DNA of 32,000 nucleotides from Synechococcus sp. A15-24 (GCF_014280195.1 NZ_CP047960.1:2250001-2282000), one strand, 5' to 3'; numbered from the stretch's first letter, positions 15,195 to 26,251 are shown. Notes: a model not told the origin generated them from the letters alone. A program made the numbers and translations.

Positions 15195-16265
15195 GTGACC
15201 AGCGCCATCGTCAACGGTCGGGAACGCTTCAAGCAGCACCTGCGCAAAGTTGGCAGTGGTGAGCACACCAGCAAGGGGATGAGCAGGGAGGAGGCTGCCG
15301 ATGCGCTCCATCTCATGCTCGATGGGGTGGCATCCCCAGCTCAAATCGGAGCCTTCCTGATCGCCCATCGCATCCGCCGGCCGGAGCCTCAGGAACTCAC
15401 CGGCATGCTCGATACCTACCGCAGACTTGGTCCTGTGCTGACCAGTGCAGAGGGTCAGCGGCCGCCTCTCTGTTTCGGCATGCCCTTTGACGGTCGCACA
15501 CGCACGGCCCCTATCTACCCACTCACCACGCTGGTGCTGCTCGCCTGCGGTCAGCCCGTGGTGCTGCAAGGGGGGGATCGCATGCCGATCAAATACGGCG
15601 TCACCGCAATTGATCTGTTCCGAATACTGGGCCTTGACCTGGCGGGTCTCTCCATAGCCACTGTCCAAGACGGCTTCGAGCAGACCGGGTTTGCACTGAT
15701 CCACCAGCCCGACCATTTCGCCATCGCCGAAAGCCTGATCGGTTACCGCGAGGAACTGGGCAAACGTCCTCCAGTGGCCAGTCTTGAACTGCTGTGGACA
15801 CCCCATCAAGGCAACCACCTGCTGGTGAGTGGTTTCGTTCATCCCCCCACGGAAAGCCGTGCCTGGGAGGCCCTCAAGCTGGCCGGCGAAACCGATCTGC
15901 TCACGGTGAAGGGTCTGGAAGGTGGCACCGATCTCCCCATCGGTCGGGCCTGCATCACCGCAAGGGTTCAGCAGGGCCAGGCCGAACGGCTGATTCTTCA
16001 CCCTCGAGACCATGGCTGCCATGCAGCAGATGTGGAGTGGAGCGATGAAGCGGCCTGGACTGAACAGGCCCTTGCGGCACTCGACAACCGTGGCCCCCTC
16101 CTGGATGCCCTGCGCTGGAATGCCGGGGCTTACCTCTGGTTCAGCGGCCACAGCGACAGCCTTGAATCAGGCCTGCAAACGGCTGATGGCGTGCTGAAAA
16201 CAGGCCAAGCCCTGCAATGCCTCGATCAGCTGCGGTCCTGGAGAAGCCATTTATCCATCCGATAG
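15195..16265 (+). CDS. anthranilate phosphoribosyltransferase-like (glycosyl transferase family 3, TrpD2-type) protein
   Basis: 356 aa. The N-terminal helical domain reads ...MSREEAADALHLMLDGVASPAQIGAFLIAHRIR... It uses GC-rich codons. Confidence 0.8.
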   Translation: MTSAIVNGRERFKQHLRKVGSGEHTSKGMSREEAADALHLMLDGVASPAQIGAFLIAHRIRRPEPQELTGMLDTYRRLGPVLTSAEGQRPPLCFGMPFDGRTRTAPIYPLTTLVLLACGQPVVLQGGDRMPIKYGVTAIDLFRILGLDLAGLSIATVQDGFEQTGFALIHQPDHFAIAESLIGYREELGKRPPVASLELLWTPHQGNHLLVSGFVHPPTESRAWEALKLAGETDLLTVKGLEGGTDLPIGRACITARVQQGQAERLILHPRDHGCHAADVEWSDEAAWTEQALAALDNRGPLLDALRWNAGAYLWFSGHSDSLESGLQTADGVLKTGQALQCLDQLRSWRSHLSIR

Positions 16266-16693
16266 CGCTCGAACGGAACGCCTCCAATGCTGATGGTTTC
16301 TGGAGCCTGCACACGCCAACCGCAGCGTTCCAGCAACGGGCGACTTAACTGACTCGCTTCGGTGCGCAACCGCTCCACACCCTCATGGCGGGCATCGGCC
16401 TCAATCTGGTCCAGCAAGGCGCGGCCATGGCCCTGGCGGCAAGCCCGTCCTCGGCAATAAAGCAATGACAAGCGATCCCTTGGTTCACGGATGGCAAAGG
16501 CAGCGTCGTGGCCACTGATCCACCCCTGCCCCTCCAGGAAGGTGCGATCCAGGATCCCGGGCAACCAGGCCAGAGCCGCCCAGGCGCGGACCTGGTCTGA
16601 GGAATAGAGCCCCGGAGCCTGACTCTCGATGGCATCCGCATAGATCTCCCGCAGCAGGGGGTGATCAGCGGACCCGATCGGGCGGAGTGGCAT
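16226..16693 (-). CDS. GNAT-family N-acetyltransferase
   Basis: 155 aa with an acetyl-CoA-binding motif A-like CRQGHGRALLDQIEADAR. It overlaps the convergent upstream gene by 40 nt. Confidence 0.75.
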   Translation of the reverse strand: MPLRPIGSADHPLLREIYADAIESQAPGLYSSDQVRAWAALAWLPGILDRTFLEGQGWISGHDAAFAIREPRDRLSLLYCRGRACRQGHGRALLDQIEADARHEGVERLRTEASQLSRPLLERCGWRVQAPETISIGGVPFERYRMDKWLLQDRS

Positions 16694-17990
16694 GCCATCG
16701 GCCTGTGGGAATGTGAGTCTCCTTCAACCGCCGGTCGCCTTGCAGCGCCCCCGTATCCCCACCCTGCTCAGCGCGTTTCTGACGCTGCTGAACGATCGAC
16801 TGAGCGAGAGCATTTTTTTACCGCTGTTGCCCTTTCTGCTGGCGGACTTCAGCAGCAGCGGCAGCACCGTCGGTCTGCTGTCGGGGACTTACGCCCTCTC
16901 TCAATTCGCTGTGGCGCCACTGATCGGTGCCCTCAGTGATCGCTTCGGCCGCAAACCGGTAATCAGCATCTGTGTGGGTGGCTCCGTCGTCGGCATGGGA
17001 CTGTTCGCCACCACCCTGACGGTGCCCTGGCAGCAGATCTGGCCCGGAGCTGCCGCAGCAGGCGTCCCCCTGGCCCTGCTGTTCACAGCCCGGATCATCG
17101 ATGGCATCAGCGGCGGCACGTCCGCCACCGCCACCGCCGTGCTGGCGGACGTCACAACCTCGGAGAACCGTGCCAAAGCTTTTGGACTGATCGGTGTTGC
17201 CTTCGGCCTGGGCTTTGCCCTTGGACCAGGCCTCGGTGGTGTGCTCGGCGAAATGAACCGCATCCTCCCCGCCTGGGGAGCCACCGGGTTTGCCGTCGTG
17301 AACCTGGTGATGGTGAGTCTGTTGCTGCCGGAAACCCATCCCCTTGAGGCCCGTAAACCTCTGCCGCGCAAGCGAGCCCTCAACCCTGTGTCGCTGCTTC
17401 AGCGAGTGTTTGCCCGTCCGGATGTGCGGCGTCTGGCCCTGGCCTTCTTCGGCTTCTTCATGGCCTTCAACGGCTTCACCACCGTTCTTGTGATCTATCT
17501 CCGCAACGCCTTCAACTGGACGGAAGGGATGGCGGGAGCCGCCTTTGCCCTGGTGGGCGTGATCGCCATGGTGGTGCAGGGAGGACTGATAGGCCCGCTG
17601 GTGAAGCGATTCGGCGAACTCCGTCTCACCCTGGCGGGTCTGGGACTGCTCAGCGTGGGTTGCCTGATGGTGCCTCTCGCCAAGGAAGAGACGTCGATGC
17701 CGGTCATTTACAGCGCCGTCGCCCTGCTGGCGCTGGGCACCGGCCTGGTCACGCCTTGTCTGCGGGCGCTGGTCTCGAAACGACTGACGCGGGATGGTCA
17801 GGGAGCAGCCCTGGGAGGACTGCAGGGACTCCAGAGTCTCGGCACCTTTCTGGGGGCATCCGCTGCAGGATTCAGCTACGACCGTCTGGGACAGACGAGT
17901 CCTTTCTGGATCGGTGCTCTGGTGCTGTTCGGCGTTGCTGGTCTGGTGGCTGGTGCCCCGCGTTCACCCACGGTGGAAACACGAATCTGA
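16692..17990 (+). CDS. MFS transporter (drug/H+ antiporter-like)
   Basis: MFS motif A GALSDRFGRKPV and a roughly 12-TM hydrophobic pattern. The start is uncertain, with GTG 16713 as an alternative. The ATG at 16692 overlaps the divergent GNAT start codon. Confidence 0.85.
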   Translation: MPSACGNVSLLQPPVALQRPRIPTLLSAFLTLLNDRLSESIFLPLLPFLLADFSSSGSTVGLLSGTYALSQFAVAPLIGALSDRFGRKPVISICVGGSVVGMGLFATTLTVPWQQIWPGAAAAGVPLALLFTARIIDGISGGTSATATAVLADVTTSENRAKAFGLIGVAFGLGFALGPGLGGVLGEMNRILPAWGATGFAVVNLVMVSLLLPETHPLEARKPLPRKRALNPVSLLQRVFARPDVRRLALAFFGFFMAFNGFTTVLVIYLRNAFNWTEGMAGAAFALVGVIAMVVQGGLIGPLVKRFGELRLTLAGLGLLSVGCLMVPLAKEETSMPVIYSAVALLALGTGLVTPCLRALVSKRLTRDGQGAALGGLQGLQSLGTFLGASAAGFSYDRLGQTSPFWIGALVLFGVAGLVAGAPRSPTVETRI

Positions 17991-18035
17991 TTGCTACGTT
18001 TCGGCTGACCCCGCAGATCCAGCTCCAAACTTCCC

Positions 18036-20174
18036 ATGAGCTCCGCTGTTCTGAGCCCGGACTGCTACATAAACCGGGAACTGAGCTGGATCGCCTTCAA
18101 CCAGAGAGTCCTCGCCCAGGCGCTGGATCAGCGCACCCCCCTGCTGGACCAGGCCAAGTTCAGCGCCATCTTCAGCAACAACCTTGATGAGTTCTTCATG
18201 GTGCGCGTGGCGTCCCTGAAGTCTCAGGTGGAAGCTGGCATCACCACCCCCAGCGAAGACGGAAAGACGCCGCTCGAACAGCTGCTGACCATTCGCGAAC
18301 GGCTGATACCCCTGCTGCAGCAACAGCAGGACCACTATCGCAAACAACTGCGCAAACAACTGCTCGACCACAACGTGCAACTGCTGGATTACAGCCAGTT
18401 GAACAAGCATCAACAGCAATGGGTCAGCGACACCTTCCGCCATTCGGTGTTTCCGGTGCTGACTCCGCTTGCCGTTGACCCGGCACATCCCTTCCCCTTC
18501 GTCAGCAACCTCAGCCTCAACGTTGCTGCTGTCATTCACGACCCGGAATCAGGCCAACGTCAATTCGCACGGGTAAAGGTTCCCCAGAAGAACCTCCCCC
18601 GCTTCGTCTCCATTCCCACCGAGCTGAGTGAGAGCGATCCCAAACCCATCCACACCGCCGTACCGCTGGAACAGGTGATCGCCTTCAACCTCGATCTCCT
18701 CTTTCCGGGGATGAGCGTGCAGGGGCATTACTTCTTCCGCGTGACGCGCGATGCCGACCTGGAACTGCGGGATCTCGAAGCCGATGACCTGATGCTTGCC
18801 CTTGAGCAGGGTCTACGCAAACGGCGGATGGGAGGCGAAGTGGTGCGACTCGAGGTGCCCAACGATATGCCCGAGGACGTCGTTGAAATGTTGATGAATG
18901 GCCTCGCGGTTGAGGAAGAAGACCTCTACAGGATTGATGGACCCCTGGGTCTGGATGATCTCTTCGGTTTGATGGCCCTACCTCTTCCGAAGCTGAAGGA
19001 CAAACAGCACAGCGGACAGACACCAGCGGTGCTGGCTAGAACCCAACAGCATCTGATTGACGAAGGTGCCATCAAACCCGAGGAATTCGAAAACATCTTC
19101 TCGGTGATGCGTCAGCAAGACATCCTCTTGCATCACCCCTATGACCTGTTCTCCACCACGGTGGAGGAATTCATCAACCAGGCCGCTGATGATCCCCAGG
19201 TGATGGGGATCAAGATGACCCTGTATCGAACCTCGAAGGATTCACCGATCATCGCGGCACTCATCCGTGCCGCTGAAAATGGCAAGCAGGTGATGGCCCT
19301 GGTGGAACTCAAAGCCAGATTTGATGAAGACAACAACATCCAGTGGGCCCGACAACTGGAACGCTCCGGCGTCCATGTGGTGTATGGCGTTCTGGGCTTG
19401 AAAACCCATACCAAGATCGTTCTGGTGGTCCGCAAAGAGCAAGAAAAGCTGCGTAGTTACGTCCACATCGGGACCGGGAATTACAACTCAAAGACTTCGA
19501 AGCTCTACACCGATCTCGGGCTTCTCTCCACGCGGCCGGAGCTGGGCCAAGACCTGGTGGAACTGTTCAACTACCTGACCGGGTTCTCAAAGCAGCAAAG
19601 TTTCCGCCGACTGCTGGTGGCTCCGGTGACCCTGCGCAAAGGGATGGAATCCCTGATCCGGCGCGAAATCGAACATGCCAGGGAAGGTCGGGACGGTCAC
19701 ATCAGAGCCAAGATGAATTCCTTGGTGGATCCGGACATCATCGCGTTGTTATATGAAGCCGCAGCAGCGAATGTGCGGGTTGAACTGATCATCCGCGGCA
19801 TGTGCAGCCTCTACCCAGGCCGAGAAGGACTGAGTGAAAGCATCAGCGTTGTGAGCATCATCGGCCAGTTCCTCGAACACTCGCGCATTTTCTGGTTCGG
19901 AAACGGTGGCTCACCTGAGGTGTACATCGGTAGCGCAGACTGGATGAGTCGCAACCTTGACCGCCGGGTGGAAGCTGTAACACCCGTGGAAGATCCCAAC
20001 CTTCGCGGCCGACTGGAGCGCTTGCTGGAGCTCTACCTGAAGGACAACCGGGGCGCCTGGGACATGCAAAGCGATGGCAGCTTCATCCAACGGCAACCAG
20101 AGGAGGGAGAGGACGTTTGCAACTCTCAGGTTCAACTGATCAAGCAATGGAGCCTAGGCGTCCCGCAATCGTGA
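18036..20174 (+). CDS. ppk: polyphosphate kinase 1
   Basis: 712 aa. N-terminus YINRELSWIAFNQRVL. Two PLD-like segments are present: GLKTHTKIVLVVR and FLEHSRIFWFGNGG. Confidence 0.97.
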   Translation: MSSAVLSPDCYINRELSWIAFNQRVLAQALDQRTPLLDQAKFSAIFSNNLDEFFMVRVASLKSQVEAGITTPSEDGKTPLEQLLTIRERLIPLLQQQQDHYRKQLRKQLLDHNVQLLDYSQLNKHQQQWVSDTFRHSVFPVLTPLAVDPAHPFPFVSNLSLNVAAVIHDPESGQRQFARVKVPQKNLPRFVSIPTELSESDPKPIHTAVPLEQVIAFNLDLLFPGMSVQGHYFFRVTRDADLELRDLEADDLMLALEQGLRKRRMGGEVVRLEVPNDMPEDVVEMLMNGLAVEEEDLYRIDGPLGLDDLFGLMALPLPKLKDKQHSGQTPAVLARTQQHLIDEGAIKPEEFENIFSVMRQQDILLHHPYDLFSTTVEEFINQAADDPQVMGIKMTLYRTSKDSPIIAALIRAAENGKQVMALVELKARFDEDNNIQWARQLERSGVHVVYGVLGLKTHTKIVLVVRKEQEKLRSYVHIGTGNYNSKTSKLYTDLGLLSTRPELGQDLVELFNYLTGFSKQQSFRRLLVAPVTLRKGMESLIRREIEHAREGRDGHIRAKMNSLVDPDIIALLYEAAAANVRVELIIRGMCSLYPGREGLSESISVVSIIGQFLEHSRIFWFGNGGSPEVYIGSADWMSRNLDRRVEAVTPVEDPNLRGRLERLLELYLKDNRGAWDMQSDGSFIQRQPEEGEDVCNSQVQLIKQWSLGVPQS

Positions 20175-20372
20175 TCTTTCGAGATGAAGTTGCGTCAAAT
20201 ATCCGTGATGACTGATACGGAATCGTCGCAATCAAGCCGAAGCCGTTCAACACACCCTTGCCACACACTGGTGTCATAAACCACATCAGGGGCTCCCGAA
20301 AGTCTTCGGATTCACAACAGTCAAATCTGAAGGTGAGTGCTAAATTGATTACAAATTCATCAGGAGACCAGG

Positions 20373-21362
20373 GTGATGGGGATCCCTCTGGACTCTTCCG
20401 GATCGACTGCAAAGTCTTCCCGGAAGTCCCTTGCCTTACCATCCACTGGACGGCGGGCATCAACGCGTCAAAGCAGCCGTCTGGCCACCGATTCCATCGG
20501 TTTTTATCTCAGCAGCATCGGTCGCATTCCTCTGCTGACAGCCGCTGAGGAGATTGAACTGGCGCACCACGTCCAGGAGATGAAGCAACTTCAGGAACTC
20601 CCTGAAGAAGAGTTCACCTCCCGTCATCATCACAAAATCCGCATGGGCAAACGTGCCCGGGATCGGATGATGGCCGCCAATCTCCGCCTTGTGGTCAGCG
20701 TCGCCAAGAAGTACCAGAACCAAGGACTGGAACTGCTGGATCTGGTTCAGGAGGGAGCGATCGGACTCGAACGGGCCGTCGATAAGTTCGACCCGGCCAT
20801 GGGATACAAGTTTTCCACCTACGCCTACTGGTGGATCCGCCAGGGGATGACTCGCGCGATCGACAACAGCGCCCGCACCATCCGGCTGCCGATTCACATC
20901 AGCGAAAAGCTCTCCAAAATGCGACGCATCTCGCGGGAGTTGTCCCATCGGTTTGGACGTCAACCGAATCGACTGGAACTGGCCAGTGCCATGGGCATTG
21001 AGCCGCGCGAGCTGGAGGATCTGATCTCCCAGAGCGCTCCCTGTGCATCGCTCGATGCCCATGCCCGCGGCGAGGAAGACCGCAGCACCCTGGGTGAGCT
21101 GATTCCAGACCCCAACGGCGAGGAGCCGATGGAAGGCATGGACCGCAGCATCCAAAAAGAGCATCTCGGTGGCTGGCTGTCCCAGCTCAATGAGCGGGAA
21201 CAGAAGATCCTGCGGCTTCGCTTCGGTCTTGGCGGTGAAGAGCCGCTGACCCTTGCGGAGATTGGGCGTCAGATCAATGTGTCCCGCGAGCGGGTTCGTC
21301 AGCTGGAAGCCAAAGCCATCCTCAAGCTGCGCTCGATGACCGATCATCAGCAGGCCGCCTGA
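20373..21362 (+). CDS. group-2 sigma-70 family RNA polymerase sigma factor
   Basis: Region 1.2 IGFYLSSIGRIPLLTAAEEIELA, region 2 KFSTYAYWWIRQGMTRAI, and region 4.2 HTH TLAEIGRQINVSRERVRQLEAKAILKLR. Confidence 0.95.
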   Translation: MMGIPLDSSGSTAKSSRKSLALPSTGRRASTRQSSRLATDSIGFYLSSIGRIPLLTAAEEIELAHHVQEMKQLQELPEEEFTSRHHHKIRMGKRARDRMMAANLRLVVSVAKKYQNQGLELLDLVQEGAIGLERAVDKFDPAMGYKFSTYAYWWIRQGMTRAIDNSARTIRLPIHISEKLSKMRRISRELSHRFGRQPNRLELASAMGIEPRELEDLISQSAPCASLDAHARGEEDRSTLGELIPDPNGEEPMEGMDRSIQKEHLGGWLSQLNEREQKILRLRFGLGGEEPLTLAEIGRQINVSRERVRQLEAKAILKLRSMTDHQQAA

Positions 21363-21379
21363 TCCAAGCCTCCAGTCCG

Positions 21380-22030
21380 GTGGTGCATCTGATCGGACCC
21401 ATCGCCATCGGTCTCTGGCTCGGGATAGTGGTGCTGATCGCCGTGCTGACTCGTCAGCGCTGGCCCGATCAGCAGGAGTTGTCTCGCAAAATCATCCACA
21501 TCGGCACAGGAGCCGTGGTTCCGCTGGCCTGGTTCTTCGCCATCCCGGCCTGGATCGCCGTTCCCTTTGCCGTATTGGTGACCCTGGCAACGGCGATCAA
21601 CCACCGATGGCGCATCGTTCCGGCCGTTGAGGATGTCGATCGCAACAGCTACGGCACTGTTGCCTACGGCCTGGCGATCACCATGTTGCTGATTCTGTGC
21701 TGGCCCGCCCGAGCCGATGCAGTCTGCGCCGGTGTTCTGGTCATGGCACTCGGCGATGGACTGGCTGGCCTCATCGGCCGATCGGTGAACTCAGCGCGGT
21801 GGACCGTGCTGGGACAGACGAAATCCGTCGCTGGCACGTTGACCATGGCCCTGGTGTCAACACTGGTGCTGGTCGGATTGATGCTGGTCAGCGGCAACGC
21901 CATCGCCTGGAGAGTTGCCTTAGGCATCAGCACGATGGCCACGGCACTGGAACAAATTAGTCCCGCGGGGGTGGACAACCTCAGCGTGCCGCTGCTGGTG
22001 GGACTGGCCTGGGTGTTGCTGATCAGCTGA
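21380..22030 (+). CDS. phytol/polyprenol kinase-like membrane protein (CTP-dependent dolichol kinase/VTE5 family)
   Basis: 216 aa and polytopic. Motifs: SRKIIHIGTG, NSYGTVAYG, ALGDGLAGLIGR and KSVAGT. Confidence 0.65.
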   Translation: MVHLIGPIAIGLWLGIVVLIAVLTRQRWPDQQELSRKIIHIGTGAVVPLAWFFAIPAWIAVPFAVLVTLATAINHRWRIVPAVEDVDRNSYGTVAYGLAITMLLILCWPARADAVCAGVLVMALGDGLAGLIGRSVNSARWTVLGQTKSVAGTLTMALVSTLVLVGLMLVSGNAIAWRVALGISTMATALEQISPAGVDNLSVPLLVGLAWVLLIS

Positions 22031-22370
22031 CCCGCAGCATGGCGTTCCAGTGACCCTGCCAGTCGCCACGACTTCCGAGCCCGGCGACGAGTTCAACCTC
22101 AGCAGGGTGATGGGTGAGTTGCTTCTGCCATCCACGGATCTGGTCCTCCTGCTCCATCCAGCGGTTGATCACCATCTGCTGCAGTGGCTCAATGTCCCAA
22201 TGCTGGTGACGTGCAACCCGCTGGGACCAACCCAGGAGTTCATCCAGCAGGAGGGGGCGAAAGCCTTCCACATGAAGACCGGTGCGTTGCTCCAGAGAAA
22301 ACCGACACAGCGGATCTCCGAAGCCGAAGAAATGAAGGTGAATCAACATCGTCTCCGTCGTGATCAACAA
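22023..22370 (-). CDS. hypothetical protein (115 aa); strand choice uncertain
   Basis: This Trp-rich ORF competes with the plus-strand ORF 22050-22385. I preferred the minus strand because it is co-oriented with the upstream DAHP synthase gene and has protein-like composition. Confidence 0.35.
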   Translation of the reverse strand: MLITTETMLIHLHFFGFGDPLCRFSLEQRTGLHVEGFRPLLLDELLGWSQRVARHQHWDIEPLQQMVINRWMEQEDQIRGWQKQLTHHPAEVELVAGLGSRGDWQGHWNAMLRVS

Positions 22371-22447
22371 CCTACGGAGAAGTGATGGAAAAACTGTTCA
22401 ACATGATCGGTTAATACTGAACAGTTAGCAAGCGCAAAAAGAAAGCC

Positions 22448-22480
22448 TGATTAGCACTCAAGCGCTTGGAGTGCTAATCA
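22448..22480 (-). terminator. intrinsic terminator of the DAHP synthase gene
   Basis: A perfect 12-bp stem TGATTAGCACTC / GAGTGCTAATCA with a 9-nt loop, starting 10 nt after the stop. On the minus strand it is followed by GGCTTTCTTTTTG. Confidence 0.75.
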
Positions 22481-22490
22481 ATGATGAACG

Positions 22491-23558
22491 TTATGCCGTC
22501 ACAGCGCTGCTGCGCTCGGCCACGGCTTTAGCCAGCTGGGACAGCAGCGCATCTGTGGTCTCCAGGCTGATGCAGGCATCCGTGATGCTCTGGCCATAGG
22601 TGAGCTGGGAGAGATCAGCGGTGAGTTTCTGATTGCCTTCCACCAGATGACTTTCGATCATCACGCCCATCACATGGCCGGATCCAGCCTTCAACTGATC
22701 AGCCACCGTGGCGAGTACATCGGCCTGGCGGCGGAAATCCTTGTTCGAGTTGGCATGGCTGCAGTCCACCATCAGACGATCCTTCAGGCTCGCCTTGCTC
22801 AGTTCCGCTGCAGCAGCCTGAACGGCCTCCAGGTGGTAGTTGCTGCCCTGATGACCGCCACGCAGCACCAGATGACCATCCGGGTTGCCGGTCGTGCTCA
22901 CGATCGAGGCATGGCCGTCGTGGTTGATCCCCAGAAAATGATGAGGTTTCGATGCCGCCTGCATCGCATTGATGGCGATGGTGGCGCTGCCATCAGTGCT
23001 GTTTTTGTAGCCGATCGGCATCGACAAGCCTGAAGCCATCTCCCGATGGGTCTGGCTTTCCGTGGTGCGGGCTCCGATCGCAGTCCAGCTGATCAGATCA
23101 GCGATGTACTGGGGAACCACCGGATCCAGCAGTTCCGTTGCAGCCGGCATGCCCTCCCGGGCCAGGTCCAGCAGTAAGCCACGGGCCCGCCTCAGGCCTG
23201 TATTGATGTCGTACGAGCCATCGAGGTGGGGGTCATTGATGAGGCCTTTCCAACCAACCGTCGTACGCGGCTTTTCGAAATAAACCCGCATCACCACCTC
23301 CAGCTGATCCTTCAGCCGTTCCCGGATCGGGGCCAGCCGTTCGGCGTACTCCCGCGCCGCCTTCACATCGTGGACCGAGCAGGGGCCCACCACCACCAGC
23401 AGACGCTGATCCTCGCCGCGCAAAATGGCCTGAATCCGTCGACGGGCCGATGCGACCGTCTCCATGGCGGCGGCATCAATCGGCAGATCTCCGTGCAGCA
23501 AAGCCGGAGCCACCAGCGGACGGGTCTCCACCACATGCAAATCCGAGGTGGTGGCCAT
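22491..23558 (-). CDS. 3-deoxy-7-phosphoheptulonate (DAHP) synthase, class I (AroF/G/H type)
   Basis: Translation from ATG 23558 gives MATTSDLHVVETRPL... Family motifs present: LLVVVGPCSVHD, KPRTTVGWKGL, and IMIESH-type MGVMIESHLVEGNQ. Confidence 0.93.
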   Translation of the reverse strand: MATTSDLHVVETRPLVAPALLHGDLPIDAAAMETVASARRRIQAILRGEDQRLLVVVGPCSVHDVKAAREYAERLAPIRERLKDQLEVVMRVYFEKPRTTVGWKGLINDPHLDGSYDINTGLRRARGLLLDLAREGMPAATELLDPVVPQYIADLISWTAIGARTTESQTHREMASGLSMPIGYKNSTDGSATIAINAMQAASKPHHFLGINHDGHASIVSTTGNPDGHLVLRGGHQGSNYHLEAVQAAAAELSKASLKDRLMVDCSHANSNKDFRRQADVLATVADQLKAGSGHVMGVMIESHLVEGNQKLTADLSQLTYGQSITDACISLETTDALLSQLAKAVAERSSAVTA

Positions 23559-23654
23559 GACCGCGCGCGTTAAACGGACCAAGGCTACGCATCCTGCTCA
23601 CTGGCAACAGACCCTGTCCGGAAGAATGGTGGTCTGCCCCGCAAATTCCTCACC

Positions 23655-26237
23655 ATGCTGAGCGCGTATCGCGAGCTGGCCGCCGACCGCGAAGCCCAAG
23701 GCATCCCGGCCCTGCCGCTAACCGCTGAGCAGACCCAGGCCCTGACCGAACTGCTGCAACAACCACCTGCAGGGGAGGACGAAGCCCTGTTGCATTTGCT
23801 CATTGAGCGCATTCCACCCGGAGTTGACGAAGCCTCTTATGTGAAAGCCACCTGGCTCAGCGCCGTCGCCCAAGGGCAAGCGACAAGCCCCCTGGTGTCA
23901 CCACTGGAGGCCACTCGCCTGCTCGGAACCATGGTGGGTGGTTACAACGTGGCAGCACTAATTGAGCTGCTTCAGCACAGCGACGAGCAGCTGGCCAGCT
24001 GCGCGGCTGAAGGCCTCAGCCGCACCCTGCTGGTTTACGACGCCTTCAATGACGTGATGGAGCTGGCAGCGAGCAATCGCTTCGCCAAGCAGGTGGTGGA
24101 CAGCTGGGCGGCGGCCGAATGGTTCACCCGCCGTGAGCCCCTGGCCGAAATGATCACGGTGACCGTGTTCAAGGTGGAAGGGGAAACCAACACCGACGAC
24201 CTCTCACCCGCCACCCACGCCACCACCCGACCGGACATTCCCCTGCACGCCCTGGCGATGCTCGAGACCCGGGATCCCGAGAGTCTGAAAACGATCGCAA
24301 CCCTCAAACAAAAGGGTCATCCCGTGGCCTACGTGGGCGACGTGGTGGGAACAGGCAGCTCCAGGAAAAGTGCGATCAACTCCGTGCTCTGGCACACCGG
24401 CGACGACATTCCCCACGTCCCCAACAAACGCGGGAGCGGCGTGATTCTCGGCGGCAAGATCGCGCCGATCTTTTTCAACACCGCCGAAGACTCCGGAGCC
24501 CTGCCGATCGAATGTGATGTCACCGTGCTGAACACAGGTGATGTGATCACCATCAGGCCCCACGCCGGCACGATCGAACGCGATAGCGAGGTGGTGAGTC
24601 GGTTCGAACTCAAACCCAGCACCATCAGCGATGAAGTGCGGGCCGGAGGCCGCATCTCTTTGATGATCGGCCGGGCCCTCACGGACAAGGTACGAGCGCA
24701 GCTGGGTCTCACCCCTTCGGACGCCTTCATCCGACCCTCGGCACCAGCAGACACCGGCAAGGGCTTCACTCTGGCCCAGAAAATGGTGGGTAAAGCCTGC
24801 GGCTTGCCGGGCGTTCGCCCCGGTACCAGCTGCGAGCCACTGATGACCACCGTCGGCTCCCAGGACACCACCGGACCGATGACCCGGGATGAGATGAAGG
24901 AGCTGGCCTGTCTCGGCTTCTCCTCCGACCTGGTGATGCAGAGCTTCTGCCACACTGCGGCTTACCCCAAACCAGTGGATCTGCAGACCCAGAAGGATCT
25001 GCCGGACTTCTTTGCCCAGCGCGGCGGTGTTGCCCTTCGCCCGGGCGACGGGATCATCCACAGCTGGCTGAACCGCATGCTCCTGCCCGACAGCGTGGGC
25101 ACGGGTGGGGACAGCCACACCCGCTTCCCCCTCGGCATTTCCTTCCCTGCTGGTTCCGGCCTGGTGGCCTTCGCTGCTGCCATCGGTGCGATGCCCCTGG
25201 ACATGCCCGAGTCGGTGCTGGTGCGCTTCAGCGGTTCACTGCAGCCTGGTGTGACGCTGCGGGATGTGGTGAACGCCATTCCATGGGTGGCCATTCAGAA
25301 GGGTCTTCTCACAGTGGAGAAGGCCAATAAGAAGAACGTCTTCAACGGCCGGATCATGGAGATCGAAGGTCTGCCGGATCTCAAGCTGGAGCAAGCCTTT
25401 GAACTCACCGATGCCACCGCCGAACGCTCCTGCGCCGGCTGCACGATCAAGCTCTCGGAAGCAACCGTGAGCGAATACCTGCGCAGCAATGTGGCCCTGC
25501 TGAAAAACATGATTGCCAGGGGCTATAGCGATGCCAAAACCCTGGCTCGTCGGATCAAGGCCATGGAGGCCTGGCTGGCCAATCCGCAGCTGCTGAGCGC
25601 TGATCCGGATGCTCAATATGCCGAAGTCCTGGAGATCAACCTCGACGAGCTCACCGAACCGGTGCTGGCCTGTCCCAACGATCCCGACAACGTGAAACTG
25701 CTCAGCGAGGTCGCCGGCGATCCCGTTCAGGAGGTGTTCATCGGCTCCTGCATGACCAACATCGGCCACTACCGCGCCGCGGCCAAGGTGCTGGAGGGCT
25801 CGGGCAGCAACAAAGCCCGCCTCTGGGTCTGCCCGCCAACACGCATGGACGAAGAGACCCTGAAGGCCGAGGGCTACTACGCCACCTTTGAAGCGGCCGG
25901 CTCTCGCATGGAGATGCCGGGTTGTTCGCTTTGCATGGGCAACCAGGCCCGGGTGGAGGACAACACCACGGTGTTCTCCACCAGCACCCGGAACTTCAAC
26001 AACCGTCTGGGCAAAGGCGCCCAGGTTTATCTGGGCAGTGCCGAGCTGGCAGCGGTCTGCGCCCTGCTGGGTCGCATTCCTACCGCCGATGAGTACCGCT
26101 CAATCGCCGCTGAAAAAATTGATCCGCTCTCTGATGAGCTTTACCGCTACCTGAATTTCGATCAGATCAGCGGTTTTGAAGATCAAGGCCGGGTGATGAG
26201 TGCGGATGAGGAGGCGGCTGTGCTGGCTGAAGCCTGA
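23655..26237 (+). CDS. acnB: aconitate hydratase B (bifunctional aconitase 2 / 2-methylisocitrate dehydratase)
   Basis: 860 aa with an AcnB-type N-terminus ([22 protein letters not shown]). Fe-S ligand contexts [19 protein letters not shown] and [12 protein letters not shown] are present. Confidence 0.97.
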   Translation: MLSAYRELAADREAQGIPALPLTAEQTQALTELLQQPPAGEDEALLHLLIERIPPGVDEASYVKATWLSAVAQGQATSPLVSPLEATRLLGTMVGGYNVAALIELLQHSDEQLASCAAEGLSRTLLVYDAFNDVMELAASNRFAKQVVDSWAAAEWFTRREPLAEMITVTVFKVEGETNTDDLSPATHATTRPDIPLHALAMLETRDPESLKTIATLKQKGHPVAYVGDVVGTGSSRKSAINSVLWHTGDDIPHVPNKRGSGVILGGKIAPIFFNTAEDSGALPIECDVTVLNTGDVITIRPHAGTIERDSEVVSRFELKPSTISDEVRAGGRISLMIGRALTDKVRAQLGLTPSDAFIRPSAPADTGKGFTLAQKMVGKACGLPGVRPGTSCEPLMTTVGSQDTTGPMTRDEMKELACLGFSSDLVMQSFCHTAAYPKPVDLQTQKDLPDFFAQRGGVALRPGDGIIHSWLNRMLLPDSVGTGGDSHTRFPLGISFPAGSGLVAFAAAIGAMPLDMPESVLVRFSGSLQPGVTLRDVVNAIPWVAIQKGLLTVEKANKKNVFNGRIMEIEGLPDLKLEQAFELTDATAERSCAGCTIKLSEATVSEYLRSNVALLKNMIARGYSDAKTLARRIKAMEAWLANPQLLSADPDAQYAEVLEINLDELTEPVLACPNDPDNVKLLSEVAGDPVQEVFIGSCMTNIGHYRAAAKVLEGSGSNKARLWVCPPTRMDEETLKAEGYYATFEAAGSRMEMPGCSLCMGNQARVEDNTTVFSTSTRNFNNRLGKGAQVYLGSAELAAVCALLGRIPTADEYRSIAAEKIDPLSDELYRYLNFDQISGFEDQGRVMSADEEAAVLAEA

Positions 26238-26251
26238 TCCCCCATCACCCT

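Noticed and set aside
16691-16694. Divergent GNAT and MFS genes whose start codons overlap (CATG), leaving no promoter space.
   Set aside because: This is most likely a start-codon call issue: the MFS gene can start at GTG 16713 or later. It is not a biological oddity.
22050-22385. Plus-strand 111-aa ORF competing with the minus-strand ORF 22023-22370.
   Set aside because: Its composition is less protein-like and it would be an isolated plus-strand gene between two minus-strand genes. I cannot exclude it without homology data, so the minus-strand call has low confidence.
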